In this document: in pieces, positions 1 to 10,821 of the stretch
Layout: each line of letters opens with the position of its first letter
Numbering within the stretch: position 1 is the stretch's first letter
Source of the DNA: Bryobacteraceae bacterium
GTDB lineage: Bacteria > Acidobacteriota > Terriglobia > Bryobacterales > Bryobacteraceae
DNA length: 46,894 bases
Assembly: GCA_049520795.1 (NCBI GenBank)
Contig: JBEKPK010000001.1
Coordinates: 1 to 46,894, forward strand
Direction: 5' to 3'
Notes under the pieces: model-generated
What the model was told of the DNA's origin: nothing
Seen by the model: only the letters and a program-made list of their open reading frames with translations
Database searches by the model: none
Translations under genes and position numbers: made by a program

Positions 1-1
1 C

Positions 2-67
2 AACATCCGCATCACCGCACTGGAAGAGCGCGTCCTCTACCTCGAAACCAGGCGTCCGCCGCAGTAA
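2..67 (+). CDS. 3' end of a gene truncated by the window edge (...NIRITALEERVLYLETRRPPQ*)
   Basis: Frame is open from the window edge to TAA at 65-67. Only 21 codons are visible, so no family call is possible. Confidence 0.3.
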   Translation, partial: NIRITALEERVLYLETRRPPQ

Positions 68-231
68 AGGGCCAGCCACCCTCACTCGGCCACGGAACCG
101 CAGACGGCCCCGCGCGGGCGGCCCGGATTGAAAACGCTCCCCACCTTCCCGCGATAAAATACCGGAATGCGGCCCCTGTCCGCTTTTGATTCCACGTTTT
201 CCGGGTTTCCGCGTCATCTGTAGTAGGACCT

Positions 232-777
232 GTGGAAACCGTTTGCAGGCACATGAGCGAAGTCATCGAACCGGGTCTGGACGTTCTGGAACGGCAGAAC
301 CGCTTTGTTTCAGAGCATTTACGGGGTATTTTTGTGCGCATTTACCGGATTGTCGGGAACGCCGCGGATGCCCAGGATTTGACCCAGGAGACCTTCATCA
401 AGGCCCTCCAGCACGAGGAGCAGCTCAAGGACGAGTTCAAGGCGGCGCAATGGCTTTCGAGAATCGCGACCAATACCGCCATCGATTTCCTGCGCCGGCG
501 CAGCCGGGCCACCTTTTGCGAGCTCGACGAAGCCCCCGAGAGCCTGTCGGAAAGCCCGGAACAAATGCTGCTGCGGTCGGAGCAGAGGGAGTATTTGGAA
601 GATGGTTTGCGCCTTCTCAGCCCGCGCGAACGGGCCGCGCTGATGTTGCGCGATGTGGAAGGGATGCCGGCGGAAGAGGTGGCCCGGCAGATGAATTGTT
701 CCAAAGCCACCGTGCGGTCGCATATCGCCAACGCCCGCGCCAAGTTCCGCGGGTACGTTCTGAAGAGGAAGCGGTAG
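232..777 (+). CDS. ECF-type RNA polymerase sigma-70 family factor
   Basis: 181-aa ORF. Region 2 (DLTQETFIKAL...WLSRIATNTAIDFLRRR) and the region 4 HTH (LSPRERAALMLRDVEGMPAEEVARQMNCSKATVRSHIANAR) are both present. An anti-sigma gene follows 4 nt downstream. Confidence 0.9.
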   Translation: METVCRHMSEVIEPGLDVLERQNRFVSEHLRGIFVRIYRIVGNAADAQDLTQETFIKALQHEEQLKDEFKAAQWLSRIATNTAIDFLRRRSRATFCELDEAPESLSESPEQMLLRSEQREYLEDGLRLLSPRERAALMLRDVEGMPAEEVARQMNCSKATVRSHIANARAKFRGYVLKRKR

Positions 778-781
778 GAAT

Positions 782-1393
782 ATGAATCACCCCAATCAGG
801 CAACCCTGGCATTGCAGGCTGGCGGCGACCTCGGGCCCCTGGCCCGCTGGAGATTGGAGCGTCACCTGGCGCGCTGCGGCCGGTGCCGCGACGAGGTGGC
901 CTCTTTCCAGGCCGTGCGGGAGCTTCTCCCGGAGGTCGCCACTCTTCCGGAGATTCGCTGGAACCGTCTGGCGGCCGAGATGAAGGCGAACATCCGCCTG
1001 GGCCTGGCGGCCGGCGACTGCGTTCGCGCCGAACCGGCCCCGCTGCGCGATACTCCCCTGTTCGCCGGTGCGCGCGCTGCCGTGGCTCTGGCCAGCGTTC
1101 TGGTTCTGATGGTTACCGGCTTGGTTTTGCAGCATCCCGCGCCCAAGCCGGAAGCCGCCGCCATCGAGGGCGTGGAATTGCAAACCACGGCCCACGGCAT
1201 CCAGGTGCGCGAAGGCGGCGGAACGTTGCGCCTGCTCGATGGGGGCGCCCAGGACTTTGGGATGCAGATCAATGGCCGCCTGCGCTATGTTCCGGCGGTG
1301 ACCTATACGCCGGGCGCGCAAGGCTCCATGGGGGCCGGATACATGGATCCTGAAACGGGGTACATGACCGTCACTAACGTCTATGCGGAATAG
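782..1393 (+). CDS. Anti-sigma factor (zf-HC2-like, single-pass membrane)
   Basis: N-terminal HLARCGRCRDEV Cys/His motif, a central hydrophobic helix (AAVALASVLVLMVTGLVL), and a position directly after the ECF sigma gene. Confidence 0.75.
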   Translation: MNHPNQATLALQAGGDLGPLARWRLERHLARCGRCRDEVASFQAVRELLPEVATLPEIRWNRLAAEMKANIRLGLAAGDCVRAEPAPLRDTPLFAGARAAVALASVLVLMVTGLVLQHPAPKPEAAAIEGVELQTTAHGIQVREGGGTLRLLDGGAQDFGMQINGRLRYVPAVTYTPGAQGSMGAGYMDPETGYMTVTNVYAE

Positions 1394-2534
1394 ATCTCTA
1401 GGGCCGTTCCTGCTTATGGCATTCCTGAGCGCCGCCAGCCTGGGGGCGCAGGAAATTCCCCTGCCGAGCGGGTCCATCAAAATCAATTTCCCGGATGGCT
1501 CGCCGCTTCTGATCGCCGGCACGGTGACGGACCAGTCCCGCGCCACCGCGCGCGGCGCCGCCATGGTGATCGATCTCGACCTCCTGCTGCAGCTTCGCAA
1601 CGTCTCCGACCGCCAGATTCACGGCGTGACCCTGCGGGTGGTGGCTCAGGAAGTCACCGTGGGCGGCTATGGTTCGGTGGCCTACCCGAGCCTGCACGTG
1701 GGGCCCGGCGAGACGTTCCCGGCGCGCGTCGCCATGCAGCTTGTGCGGCCCACCCAGGCGGTATCCGCCTCCCTGGTGGAGGTGAATCTCGATGGCGTGC
1801 TGTTCCAGGATCTTTCCTTCTATGGGCCGGATCGCCTGAATTCCCGGCGCGCCATGACGGCCCGGGAGATGGAGACGCAGCGCGACCGCGACTATTTCAA
1901 GCGCGTCCTGGCGCAGGCCGGCCCCGCGGGCCTGAAGACCGCCATGCTCGAAAGCCTGACCCGCCAGGCGGAGCGGCCGCGGTTGGACGTGCGCGTAATT
2001 CGCGGCGGGCCGGCCATCACTTCGGCCGCCAACCCCGCCCCGGAGCGCACCGCCGAGTTTGCGTTCCTGAAGTTTCCGGATTCGCCGGTGGCCCCCGTGG
2101 ATGGCTATGCGCAAATCGCCGGCAATGAAGCCCGCGCCCCGCGCATCAACGTGCGGAACGATTCCAAGCGGGTGGTGAAGTATGTGGAGATCGGCTGGCT
2201 GGTGCGCGACCAAAACGGCCAGCAGTACATGGCCGCCGCGATTCCGACCGCCGATCCGGGGCTGCTCATGCGGCCTGGAGGGACGGCGCAGGTGTTGCAG
2301 GACGCCGCGCTCAACTTCTCCAGGGACGGCCGGCCGGTGAACGTCCGCAGCATGACCGGTTTTGTCAGCCAGGTGCAGTTCGCCGACGGCAAAATGTGGG
2401 TGCCGGACCGCGCCAGTCTCGAAAAAGAGTACCTGCTGGGCCTTCTGCCGCCTTCGAACGAAGAGCAGCGCCTGAGCGACCTGTATCGGAAAAAGGGCAT
2501 CGGCGCGCTGGTGGAAGAGCTGAAGAAGTACTGA
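1383..2534 (+). CDS. Secreted hypothetical protein co-transcribed with the ECF sigma/anti-sigma pair
   Basis: 383-aa ORF with a signal peptide (LLMAFLSAASLGAQE). It overlaps the anti-sigma stop by 11 nt. I recognise no domain. Confidence 0.7.
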   Translation: MRNRSLGPFLLMAFLSAASLGAQEIPLPSGSIKINFPDGSPLLIAGTVTDQSRATARGAAMVIDLDLLLQLRNVSDRQIHGVTLRVVAQEVTVGGYGSVAYPSLHVGPGETFPARVAMQLVRPTQAVSASLVEVNLDGVLFQDLSFYGPDRLNSRRAMTAREMETQRDRDYFKRVLAQAGPAGLKTAMLESLTRQAERPRLDVRVIRGGPAITSAANPAPERTAEFAFLKFPDSPVAPVDGYAQIAGNEARAPRINVRNDSKRVVKYVEIGWLVRDQNGQQYMAAAIPTADPGLLMRPGGTAQVLQDAALNFSRDGRPVNVRSMTGFVSQVQFADGKMWVPDRASLEKEYLLGLLPPSNEEQRLSDLYRKKGIGALVEELKKY

Positions 2535-2543
2535 CGGAGTTGC

Positions 2544-2568
2544 GGGGCAGGCGCTTTCGGCTGCCAAT
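2544..2568. repeat. REP-A hairpin repeat, copy 1 (GGGGCAGGCGCTTTCGGCTGCCAAT)
   Basis: GC-rich 8-bp stem with a 4-nt loop and one stem mismatch, 10 nt after the stop of 1383..2534. Near-identical copies lie at 24917 and 37186. Confidence 0.8.
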
Positions 2569-2634
2569 CGTCGATCACGCGGAGTCATGCTGTGGCCGGA
2601 AGCGGGTGGTCGCCTGAGAAGCTATAATTGGAGC

Positions 2635-2835
2635 ATGTCCGCCGATCGCAGCCGCCTTCAATCGCTTGTGGATGCCCTTCCGGACAATGAAGTGCAAGTG
2701 GCGATTTCTTTTCTTGCGGAACTGGGTGAGCAGGAAATCGTCGATGCCGAGACCGCGGCCAGGCTCGATCTGGCTCGTGCGGAACCGGGCGACGACATCC
2801 CTCTGGAAGAAGTCCGGCGCCGGCTCGGGCTGTGA
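2635..2835 (+). CDS. Type II antitoxin (partner of RelE/ParE toxin)
   Basis: 66-aa acidic protein (MSADRSRLQSLVDALPDNEVQVAISFLAELGEQE...). Its stop overlaps the GTG start of the downstream RelE-like gene by 4 nt. Confidence 0.7.
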   Translation: MSADRSRLQSLVDALPDNEVQVAISFLAELGEQEIVDAETAARLDLARAEPGDDIPLEEVRRRLGL

Positions 2836-3080
2836 CCCGCCGCGTGGTTTTCCGCCCTGCCGCGTTGCGCGATCTGGCGCGTCTCGATCGCCTCGTCCAG
2901 GCACGGATCGACGCGGCGTTGGTACGTTTCGCCGCGACAGGGCACGGCGATGTGAAGTCCCTCAAAGATCGTCCCGGTGAACTGCGCCTGCGGGTCGGCA
3001 AGTGGCGGGTCTTTTTCTGCCTGGAACCTCCCGATCTGATCCGCGTCCTCGGCATTGACAACCGGGGTGAAGCTTATTGA
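2832..3080 (+). CDS. relE: RelE/ParE-family type II toxin
   Basis: 82 aa. The C-terminal signature RLRVGKWRVFFCLEPPDLIRVLGIDNRGEAY matches the RelE/ParE pattern (yRiRvGdyRviY...v.hRkeaY). Confidence 0.85.
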   Translation: MTRRVVFRPAALRDLARLDRLVQARIDAALVRFAATGHGDVKSLKDRPGELRLRVGKWRVFFCLEPPDLIRVLGIDNRGEAY

Positions 3081-3158
3081 TTCCCGGCCCCACCGAAGAC
3101 GGTTGCCAGCGCGATGTGCGCCGCGCCGTTGCGGTCGGGTTCGAGTTCCGCCGGGCAA

Positions 3159-3205
3159 AGAATGCCCGCAAGGATGCGGGCATGGCAAGCCGGCGGCCCG
3201 CTCCA
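3159..3205. repeat. REP-B 47-nt intergenic repeat, copy 1 (reverse orientation)
   Basis: The reverse complement, TGGAGCGGGCCGCCGGCTTGCCATGCCCGCATCCTTGCGGGCATTCT, aligns along its full length with the copies at 29695 and 32234. It contains the hairpin GCCCGC-AAGGAT-GCGGGC. Confidence 0.8.
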
Positions 3206-3258
3206 CGGACATCCAATTGCCTTCCGCCCTCCGTACCCGATACACTGCCGTTATCCAC

Positions 3259-4803
<1,545 letters not shown>

Positions 4804-4824
4804 TCAAGAGCGGCTGGATAGAAT

Positions 4825-5592
4825 TTGAGAATCGACATGAACGATTTGAAGGTTGCGCTGGTGACTGGCGCCGGGAGCGGCATTGGCCGCGCCGTCAGCC
4901 TTGCCCTCGAGGCCGCTGGCTGGTCCGTGGCGCTGGCCGGCCGCCGCGCCGCACCGCTCGAACAGACCGCCGCGCTGGCCCGGGCCGGCGGCGGCAAAAT
5001 GCTGGTGGCCCCGGCCGATGTCGCCGACCCTCACTCGGTGGCGTCGCTGTTCGCCCGCATCGAAAAGGCGTTCGGCCGCCTCGACCTCCTGTTCAATAAC
5101 GCCGGCGCCACCGCGCCCGCAATCCCCATGGAAGACCTCACCTACGAACGGTGGAACGCGGTGGTAAGCGTCAACCTCACGGGCGCTTTCCTCTGTGCGC
5201 AGGCGGCGGTACGGATGATGAAGGCGCAAGACCCGCGCGGCGGCCGCATCATCAACAACGGCTCCATCTCGGCCCACTCGCCGCGGCCCAACTCAGCCCC
5301 CTACACCGCTTCCAAACACGCCCTCACGGGCCTGACCAAGTGCATCTCGCTCGATGGCCGCAAGCACAACATCGCCTGCGGCCAGATCGACATCGGCAAC
5401 GCCGCCACGGAGATGACCGAGAGAATGACAGGCGGAGTACCCCAGGCCGACGGCTCCCTCAAGCCCGAACCGCGGATGGATGTGCGCGACGTGGCCCAGG
5501 CCGTGCTTTACATGGCCCGCCTGCCGCTGGAGGCCAACGTGCAATTCATGACCGTCATGGCCACCAACATGCCGTTCATCGGGCGCGGCTGA
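4825..5592 (+). CDS. Short-chain dehydrogenase/reductase (SDR) family oxidoreductase
   Basis: TGxxxGIG cofactor motif ([11 protein letters not shown]), NNAG, and the catalytic YTASKHAL (YxxxK). An alternative start is ATG 4837. Confidence 0.9.
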   Translation: MRIDMNDLKVALVTGAGSGIGRAVSLALEAAGWSVALAGRRAAPLEQTAALARAGGGKMLVAPADVADPHSVASLFARIEKAFGRLDLLFNNAGATAPAIPMEDLTYERWNAVVSVNLTGAFLCAQAAVRMMKAQDPRGGRIINNGSISAHSPRPNSAPYTASKHALTGLTKCISLDGRKHNIACGQIDIGNAATEMTERMTGGVPQADGSLKPEPRMDVRDVAQAVLYMARLPLEANVQFMTVMATNMPFIGRG

Positions 5593-5617
5593 TGGAGCGG
5601 GAAGCTTCCGAGCGTTT

Positions 5618-5750
5618 TTGACGCGGAGACGCAGAGACGCCGAGAAGATTAAGAGAAAGAATGAGAACGGAGCATAAAGACAGGGAAAGACCTTCCTGTC
5701 CTGGTCTTTCTCTTCTCGAATCTCTCTGCGACTCAGCGTCTCTGCGTCAA
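5618..5750. repeat. 133-bp imperfect palindrome between convergent genes (TTGACGC(G/A)GAGACGC... arms)
   Basis: Left arm: ttgacgcggagacgcagagacgccgagaagattaagagaaaga. Right arm, reverse-complemented: ttgacgcagagacgctgagtcgcagagagattcgagaagagaaaga. An inner hairpin pairs gaaagacc (5685-5692) with ggtctttc (5703-5710). The element sits between the SDR stop and the stop of the 5762 minus-strand gene. Confidence 0.8.
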
Positions 5751-5761
5751 GAACTGGCGCC

Positions 5762-7234
5762 CTACTTCGGATCCCCGTACTTGATGGTCGATTCGCCTTC
5801 GAACTTGTGGTAGTTCCGAAAGTCGATGACATTCTTGCTGCAGTCGTTGGTGCCGCGCTGGCAACTGAGCATCTCGGAATGCACGGGCAGCAGGTACTGC
5901 TGGGTTCCGCCCAGCCGCACGTATTGATAGTCCGTGGCGGACTCCACTTGGTCGGTCGGAAAATCCTCCGGAAAATTCCTGGCGGACATTTCGATCCTCA
6001 GTACGCGCGAGGTCGCGGGGTCGATCCATACCGCTCCGCTGTAGGCGGGGCGGAACGATTGCGAACCCATCTTTACGTCCCAGTGGGAGTTCTCGCGGGC
6101 CACTTCGAAGGCGTACTGCTTGGCGGTGACCCCGGCGATTCGGGAATCTCCCCGCACCCGGAACTCGGTGGCGGTGGCCGGCGAGAACAGGTCGATCAGC
6201 ACCGTTCCGAATTCGCCGGTCGACCAGGCCCCCACCTCCTCCACCTTTTTCTTGCTCGGTCTCCCGTCGATCATTATGTTGCGATAGTCCTCTTTGCCGT
6301 TCTCGTACACCACCTCGGTGGTCACCACATCGAGCGGCTGCCAGTTGGCCGGCCTGCTCTGGCTCTGGGATCGCCCCACTACTTCCTGGCAAATGTAGTT
6401 AGGCAGGGTCTCGGTGAAATCGAGCGCCGCGTCGGCCGCCTTGCGGATGAGCGGATCCTGCTGGCGCCCGCCAAAAGGCAGCTCCTCGTCGCGCCGGGTG
6501 GCGGAAGGCGGGGCCGTCGGAACCCGTCCAACCGGGGCGGCTTCGGCCGGCGGTATTCTGGCTTGGGCAACCTGGGGCGCCGGAGGCTGATCGGGGACAT
6601 CCTGGGCGTGCTCGCGGCTCTGGTCGGCGGGCTTGCCCCGGCGCAACTGCGGCGGGCCCGGGTCGTCCGGATCCGGCTTGGCCGGTGGGGGTTTCACATC
6701 GGTCCCCGCGGACGGAGCGGGGGCATCCGCCCAGGCGTCCACTCCCCCCTCCTTTTCCTGGGGCGTCCCGGCGGCCGCGGCGGCCTTCTCCCAGTAGACG
6801 TTGACTGCCGTCATGTAGCCTTGCTGGTCCTCCGGGCCCTCGATGGAAATCTGGTCTCCGGGCTTGAACTCGGGCGTCTTGAGCTCGTCGCCGTTCTTGA
6901 AGAACTTGGTCTTATCGGTGCGCTTGAACTCCAGCAACCGATCATCATCCAGGGCGAGCGTGATGGTCTTGGCGTCCATCTGCTTGAGGCGGCCGCGGAA
7001 ATTGGGTAGTACTCCGGTTTTGGTCCCTTGCGACGGCGCCGGGGTTTGAGGCACGCGTCCCGCCCCCGGATACGGGCGTTGCCCAGGGTAGGTGGGAGGG
7101 TAGGTAGGGGGGTAATACTGAGCGAACGCGGCTCCCGCCAGCAGACCTAATATGGACAGCGCAAGGCCGATCCGCCGGCCGGGCAAACGGCCGGAAATGC
7201 GGCGGTCTCCGGCCGGTACACCTTCCATGGACAT
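5762..7234 (-). CDS. Secreted hypothetical protein with a Pro-rich linker
   Basis: Likely start is MSMEGVPAGDRR... followed by the signal-like helix IGLALSILGLLAGAAFAQ. It then has YPPTYPPTYP repeats, a long Pro/Ala/Asp-rich linker and a C-terminal globular domain. I cannot call a family. Confidence 0.65.
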   Translation of the reverse strand: MSMEGVPAGDRRISGRLPGRRIGLALSILGLLAGAAFAQYYPPTYPPTYPGQRPYPGAGRVPQTPAPSQGTKTGVLPNFRGRLKQMDAKTITLALDDDRLLEFKRTDKTKFFKNGDELKTPEFKPGDQISIEGPEDQQGYMTAVNVYWEKAAAAAGTPQEKEGGVDAWADAPAPSAGTDVKPPPAKPDPDDPGPPQLRRGKPADQSREHAQDVPDQPPAPQVAQARIPPAEAAPVGRVPTAPPSATRRDEELPFGGRQQDPLIRKAADAALDFTETLPNYICQEVVGRSQSQSRPANWQPLDVVTTEVVYENGKEDYRNIMIDGRPSKKKVEEVGAWSTGEFGTVLIDLFSPATATEFRVRGDSRIAGVTAKQYAFEVARENSHWDVKMGSQSFRPAYSGAVWIDPATSRVLRIEMSARNFPEDFPTDQVESATDYQYVRLGGTQQYLLPVHSEMLSCQRGTNDCSKNVIDFRNYHKFEGESTIKYGDPK

Positions 7235-7504
7235 CTCTAGTGGGTGAGATGCCTTGCCGCTGGCCAAGGTTACGGGGGAAAGAGCGCGGTCTACTCCGCC
7301 CTCTTCGGTTCCGCACAAATGTCCTGCCGGTTCCATAGCCACAGTATGCGCCACCGCACACCGGCGCACAATGCCCCCAGCCGGCCGTGATATGCTGAAC
7401 TCGGCTGATTTAGCGGGTGGAGAACCATCGCCTCACAGCTTGCCGGTGGTGGACGCCGACCCGGCGGTCCACAATTCTCTGAAATAGCGCCCCAGCCCTC
7501 AAGG

Positions 7505-7807
7505 CTAGTCCAGGTCGATGTCGCGCGTGGGCGGGGCCGTGTCGGGATTCTCCTTGGCGCGCTTGAAGAGCTCGTCGAACTTCTTCTCGAGCACCTTTCC
7601 GTGCGTCTTCTCGGCCTCGAACTGCTTGCGAAACAGTTCCTCCCGGCGCGCGCCCTCGCCTTTCAGTTTGGCCACTTCGGCAGCCAGATCTTCAATCGGC
7701 TTGGGCTTCTCCGGGACGGTGTGCGCGATGACCGCGCGGGTGGCCGGATCCACCTTGAGAATTGCCTGGCAGCAAGGGCACTCGACGTCGAACATCGCTT
7801 TCGCCAT
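7505..7807 (-). CDS. Small conserved hypothetical protein (CPCC motif plus charged coiled-coil tail)
   Basis: 100 aa starting at ATG 7807 (MAKAMFDVECPCCQAILKVD...). Coding-like composition. The N-terminal extension in the track ORF is unlikely to be real. Confidence 0.55.
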   Translation of the reverse strand: MAKAMFDVECPCCQAILKVDPATRAVIAHTVPEKPKPIEDLAAEVAKLKGEGARREELFRKQFEAEKTHGKVLEKKFDELFKRAKENPDTAPPTRDIDLD

Positions 7808-7948
7808 AGGACTATCGTAGACGAGTTTGCAGCCGAGATCCGGCGAACGAGGTTGAAACCACCCCATTTGTACTATATTCGGACCTTCCGCTCTTAGTAC
7901 AGGCCGTACAAGAATGCCATTTATAATCACTCAGTTGGGGATACAATC

Positions 7949-8272
7949 TTGTTTGGGAAGCGCCGATACATTACCAGGGAACACGGGATGGCGATCGCTC
8001 AAGTATTCATTTATCTGCAACTGCTGGACCTCCTGACGACGCTGATCGGCTTGAGATTGGGGGCCTCGGAAGCCAGTCCATTCATTCGCTTACTGATGCA
8101 CGCGGGGCCGGTGGCCGGCGTGGCGTTGTCGAAAGTTTTCGCCCTGGCCCTGGGCGCGCTGTGCGTCTATCGCAAGAAGTATCACTTGATCCGGCTGGCC
8201 AGCTATTGGTACGGGGCCCTGGTGGTGTGGAACCTGATGGTGGCGCTGGCTGCTCCGGGCCGCGCGCTGTAA
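7949..8272 (+). CDS. Small membrane protein, DUF5658-like
   Basis: Three hydrophobic helices. The motif LLDLLTTLIGLRLGASEASPF resembles the DUF5658 pattern. The start could instead be the internal MAIAQV. Confidence 0.5.
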   Translation: MFGKRRYITREHGMAIAQVFIYLQLLDLLTTLIGLRLGASEASPFIRLLMHAGPVAGVALSKVFALALGALCVYRKKYHLIRLASYWYGALVVWNLMVALAAPGRAL

Positions 8273-8385
8273 CGGCCGGACCCGCTACGGGCGCACCAGC
8301 CACGAGCTCGCCGCTAGCAATCCCAGCAGCAAGCCAACTTCGCCCAGCAGGCGCCGCCAATCCGACGCCGGTTTCCGGCAGGCGC

Positions 8386-9852
8386 TCAACTGGCGGGTAT
8401 CAAATCCGGCAGGATCTTCCAATAGGTGCTTCCACATACCGTTCCCGCTTTCAAGAGACGGACGACGATTCGCCCGGATTCGTCCAGATCCACGGCATAA
8501 AGGGGCTCGTCGGCTGGTTTCACCATGTAGGCGCCGGTCTGCAGGTCCCACGACTCCGCGTAGCTCCTCACCACCATGGGATTCGTCGCCACGGCGCGGA
8601 CCCGGAACTGAGCCGTGGAGGGTTCATAGTTGCCGAAACTGTAGCAGCGTCCGATGCAGACCCGATCGATCATGTGGGTTATGGCGTTGACCTGCAAGTC
8701 GGGGTCTTCCACCACGCTCACCACGCGCTGGCCGGGAGCGATGGTGGCTACCGCGCCGCCCATCCGGTCTTCAAACGCATTCAGGGCTCGCTCGTCGCGG
8801 TACAAAAAGGCGAAGAACACCAGGGCTAACGCCAGCATCGCATAGCGTTCGAAGGGCCGCGGACGCGCCGCCGCCAGCAGGGCGCAGACGCATATTCCCA
8901 CTCCCAGCGACATCCGTTCGGCGATGAACGCCAGGGCGTGGAGGAACCCGGGAATGAAGACCGTGGCGGGGAGAATCAATATGCCCCCGGCGCTCATGAT
9001 GAAGAGCTGAAACGGAATGCTGGTGAAGACCCGCGACGCGCCCCAGGCGTGAACCAGGCTCAGGAAAAGCAAGCCCCAGAGGAACAGCAGGCCCACCAGC
9101 GCCACGTAATACTTGGCATCGAAAACCCAAACCTGATCGGCCCCCGTAATTCTGGCGGCCTGGGACGGATACCACCGCGCCGAGAAGGCCATGGTGGTCC
9201 ATACGCGAACCACCGCCATCAACGCCAGCACGCCCATGGTCAAATAGGCCCGCCCCAGCGGAGACCGTTTGCGGGCCAGGGCCGTGTAGGCCAGCAGGCA
9301 CACGCACCAGACCACCGGCAGAGCATGCGCCAGGTAGGCCAGCGCCAGCAGGCCGGCAGCCGCCGCCAGGCGCGCGGGCCTCGGGTTCCAGGCCGCCGCC
9401 ATGGCCCAAAAACACAGGCCCAGGGCCATGTAGAAGTTGAAGAAACCCATGTGGAACACCCACCCGTACGCCAGCATGGCGATGCACGGCATCATGTTCC
9501 ACGGGCGCCTGCCCGCCACGGTGGACATGAAAACGAAAGCGCCCCAGACGAATATCAGGACCGCCAGGCTGACCGCGATGCGCTGCGCTGCCTCGGCCCC
9601 GACAGCCCGGAACAATCCGCTTAACACCAGATCGAAGAGAACGTTGGTGGTCTGCGGCGCTACAATCAGCCCCTGCGCGCGGCCGCTTTCGATCAATTGC
9701 GCCAGCCAGGAGTTGTAAATATGGCTCGAAAGGTCGCCGGCCTGGATGCGCGGCTGCCAATAGCACGGAGCCAGCAGCAGCGCGGAAATCGCCAGGAGAA
9801 TCAGGCCTTCATGCCAGGCGCGCGCGCGCAAGCTGTTCGATGTCGGTGGCAT
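8386..9852 (-). CDS. Polytopic integral membrane protein with a C-terminal soluble domain (function unknown, GT-C-like architecture)
   Basis: 488 aa starting at ATG 9852 (MPPTSNSLRARAW...), which forms an ATGA overlap with the DUF362 stop. There are more than 10 hydrophobic segments and a ~120-aa non-membrane C-terminus. The track's 801-aa ORF is an artificial upstream extension. Confidence 0.75.
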   Translation of the reverse strand: MPPTSNSLRARAWHEGLILLAISALLLAPCYWQPRIQAGDLSSHIYNSWLAQLIESGRAQGLIVAPQTTNVLFDLVLSGLFRAVGAEAAQRIAVSLAVLIFVWGAFVFMSTVAGRRPWNMMPCIAMLAYGWVFHMGFFNFYMALGLCFWAMAAAWNPRPARLAAAAGLLALAYLAHALPVVWCVCLLAYTALARKRSPLGRAYLTMGVLALMAVVRVWTTMAFSARWYPSQAARITGADQVWVFDAKYYVALVGLLFLWGLLFLSLVHAWGASRVFTSIPFQLFIMSAGGILILPATVFIPGFLHALAFIAERMSLGVGICVCALLAAARPRPFERYAMLALALVFFAFLYRDERALNAFEDRMGGAVATIAPGQRVVSVVEDPDLQVNAITHMIDRVCIGRCYSFGNYEPSTAQFRVRAVATNPMVVRSYAESWDLQTGAYMVKPADEPLYAVDLDESGRIVVRLLKAGTVCGSTYWKILPDLIPAS

Positions 9853-10817
9853 CAACTGTTCTCCAAACGGATGCGCCGGAACTCGGGAAGCAGCGCGAAC
9901 GGCATGGTGACATCCTCGATGCGCTCCCCGGTCTGCGTGATTCCATTCTCGGTGATATGCGCCTGCCCGCCAGCCGCCAGGCGCAGGTACTGGATCTTCA
10001 GGGGATCGATTCGCATGATCCGGCAGCAGGTGGCGTCCACCGCCGCCGGGTCGCGCCCGGCGACCAACACGCCCACGCGTTTGGGCGCGCCCTGAATGGG
10101 GCCATTGCCTTCCATACCCACAACTCCGTCCACAATGGCGAATTGGCGTGGAAAAAGCGCATGCAGGTCCGCTATGCACTCGTCGATTCCGGCCCAATGC
10201 AGGGCGTTTTTCGGCCACCCATAGACGCCGCCGGGGACCGTTCCGAACAGGTTCTTCATGGCCAGCGTCGCCCCCACCCAGTGGTGCGTCTTCATCTTCG
10301 GCATGGAAACCAGCAGGTCGGCCGCGAGCGCCGTGCGGGGCAGATACCACTTCTTCATCCCCGAAACCTGTCTTGCCGGCCACACCCGAGCGACGTCGTC
10401 CACGTTCAGATCCACGAACACATCCTCGAAGCGCGGAAGCGTGGTGAAATAGCCGGCGGCATCGGCCAGGTCCAAGGTGTTCCGGCGATGTCCGGGCCCC
10501 TCCGCGACGATCACCCGCGAGGCCCCCAGCGCCAGGAAACTCTCGTACGCCGCGTGCACCAGCAGGGGATGCGTGTTGATCGAGTTCCCCGGTTCGAACT
10601 CCACCAGGTTGGGTTTGAGCGCCACCGTTCGTCCGCGCACGTCCAGCCGTTGGTCTTCGAGCAGCCGCCGCACCGTCGCGTAGATGCGCTGATCGTACTC
10701 GGGCGCGCGCACGATGCTCACCAGGGAGGGCGGCTCGAGCGGCGTCTGGGCGCAGCCCGTGAGCCCGGCGGCCGCCGCCGCGCTCAACCATTCCCGTCTT
10801 GTGAGGCTTCGCTTCAC
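9852..10817 (-). CDS. DUF362 domain protein with a Tat-type signal
   Basis: GTG start at 10817 gives VKRSLTRREWLSAAAAAGLTGC (twin-arginine-like). The DUF362 hallmarks are present: ALKPNLVE, MPKMKTHHWVGATLAMKNLFG and IVDGVVGMEGNGP. Confidence 0.8.
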   Translation of the reverse strand: MKRSLTRREWLSAAAAAGLTGCAQTPLEPPSLVSIVRAPEYDQRIYATVRRLLEDQRLDVRGRTVALKPNLVEFEPGNSINTHPLLVHAAYESFLALGASRVIVAEGPGHRRNTLDLADAAGYFTTLPRFEDVFVDLNVDDVARVWPARQVSGMKKWYLPRTALAADLLVSMPKMKTHHWVGATLAMKNLFGTVPGGVYGWPKNALHWAGIDECIADLHALFPRQFAIVDGVVGMEGNGPIQGAPKRVGVLVAGRDPAAVDATCCRIMRIDPLKIQYLRLAAGGQAHITENGITQTGERIEDVTMPFALLPEFRRIRLENS

Positions 10818-10821
10818 GGCG

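Noticed and set aside
68-231. ECF-type autoregulated promoter (GGAAC...CGT) upstream of the first sigma gene
   Set aside because: A GGAAC occurs at about 94-98, but no properly spaced CGT(C/T) -10 element follows, so this is not supportable by eye.
8386-10791. 801-aa ORF reported as a single protein
   Set aside because: Only the C-terminal 488 aa (from ATG 9852) look like a real membrane protein. The N-terminal ~310 aa is an out-of-frame read across the DUF362 gene and has an Arg/Gly-rich junk composition.
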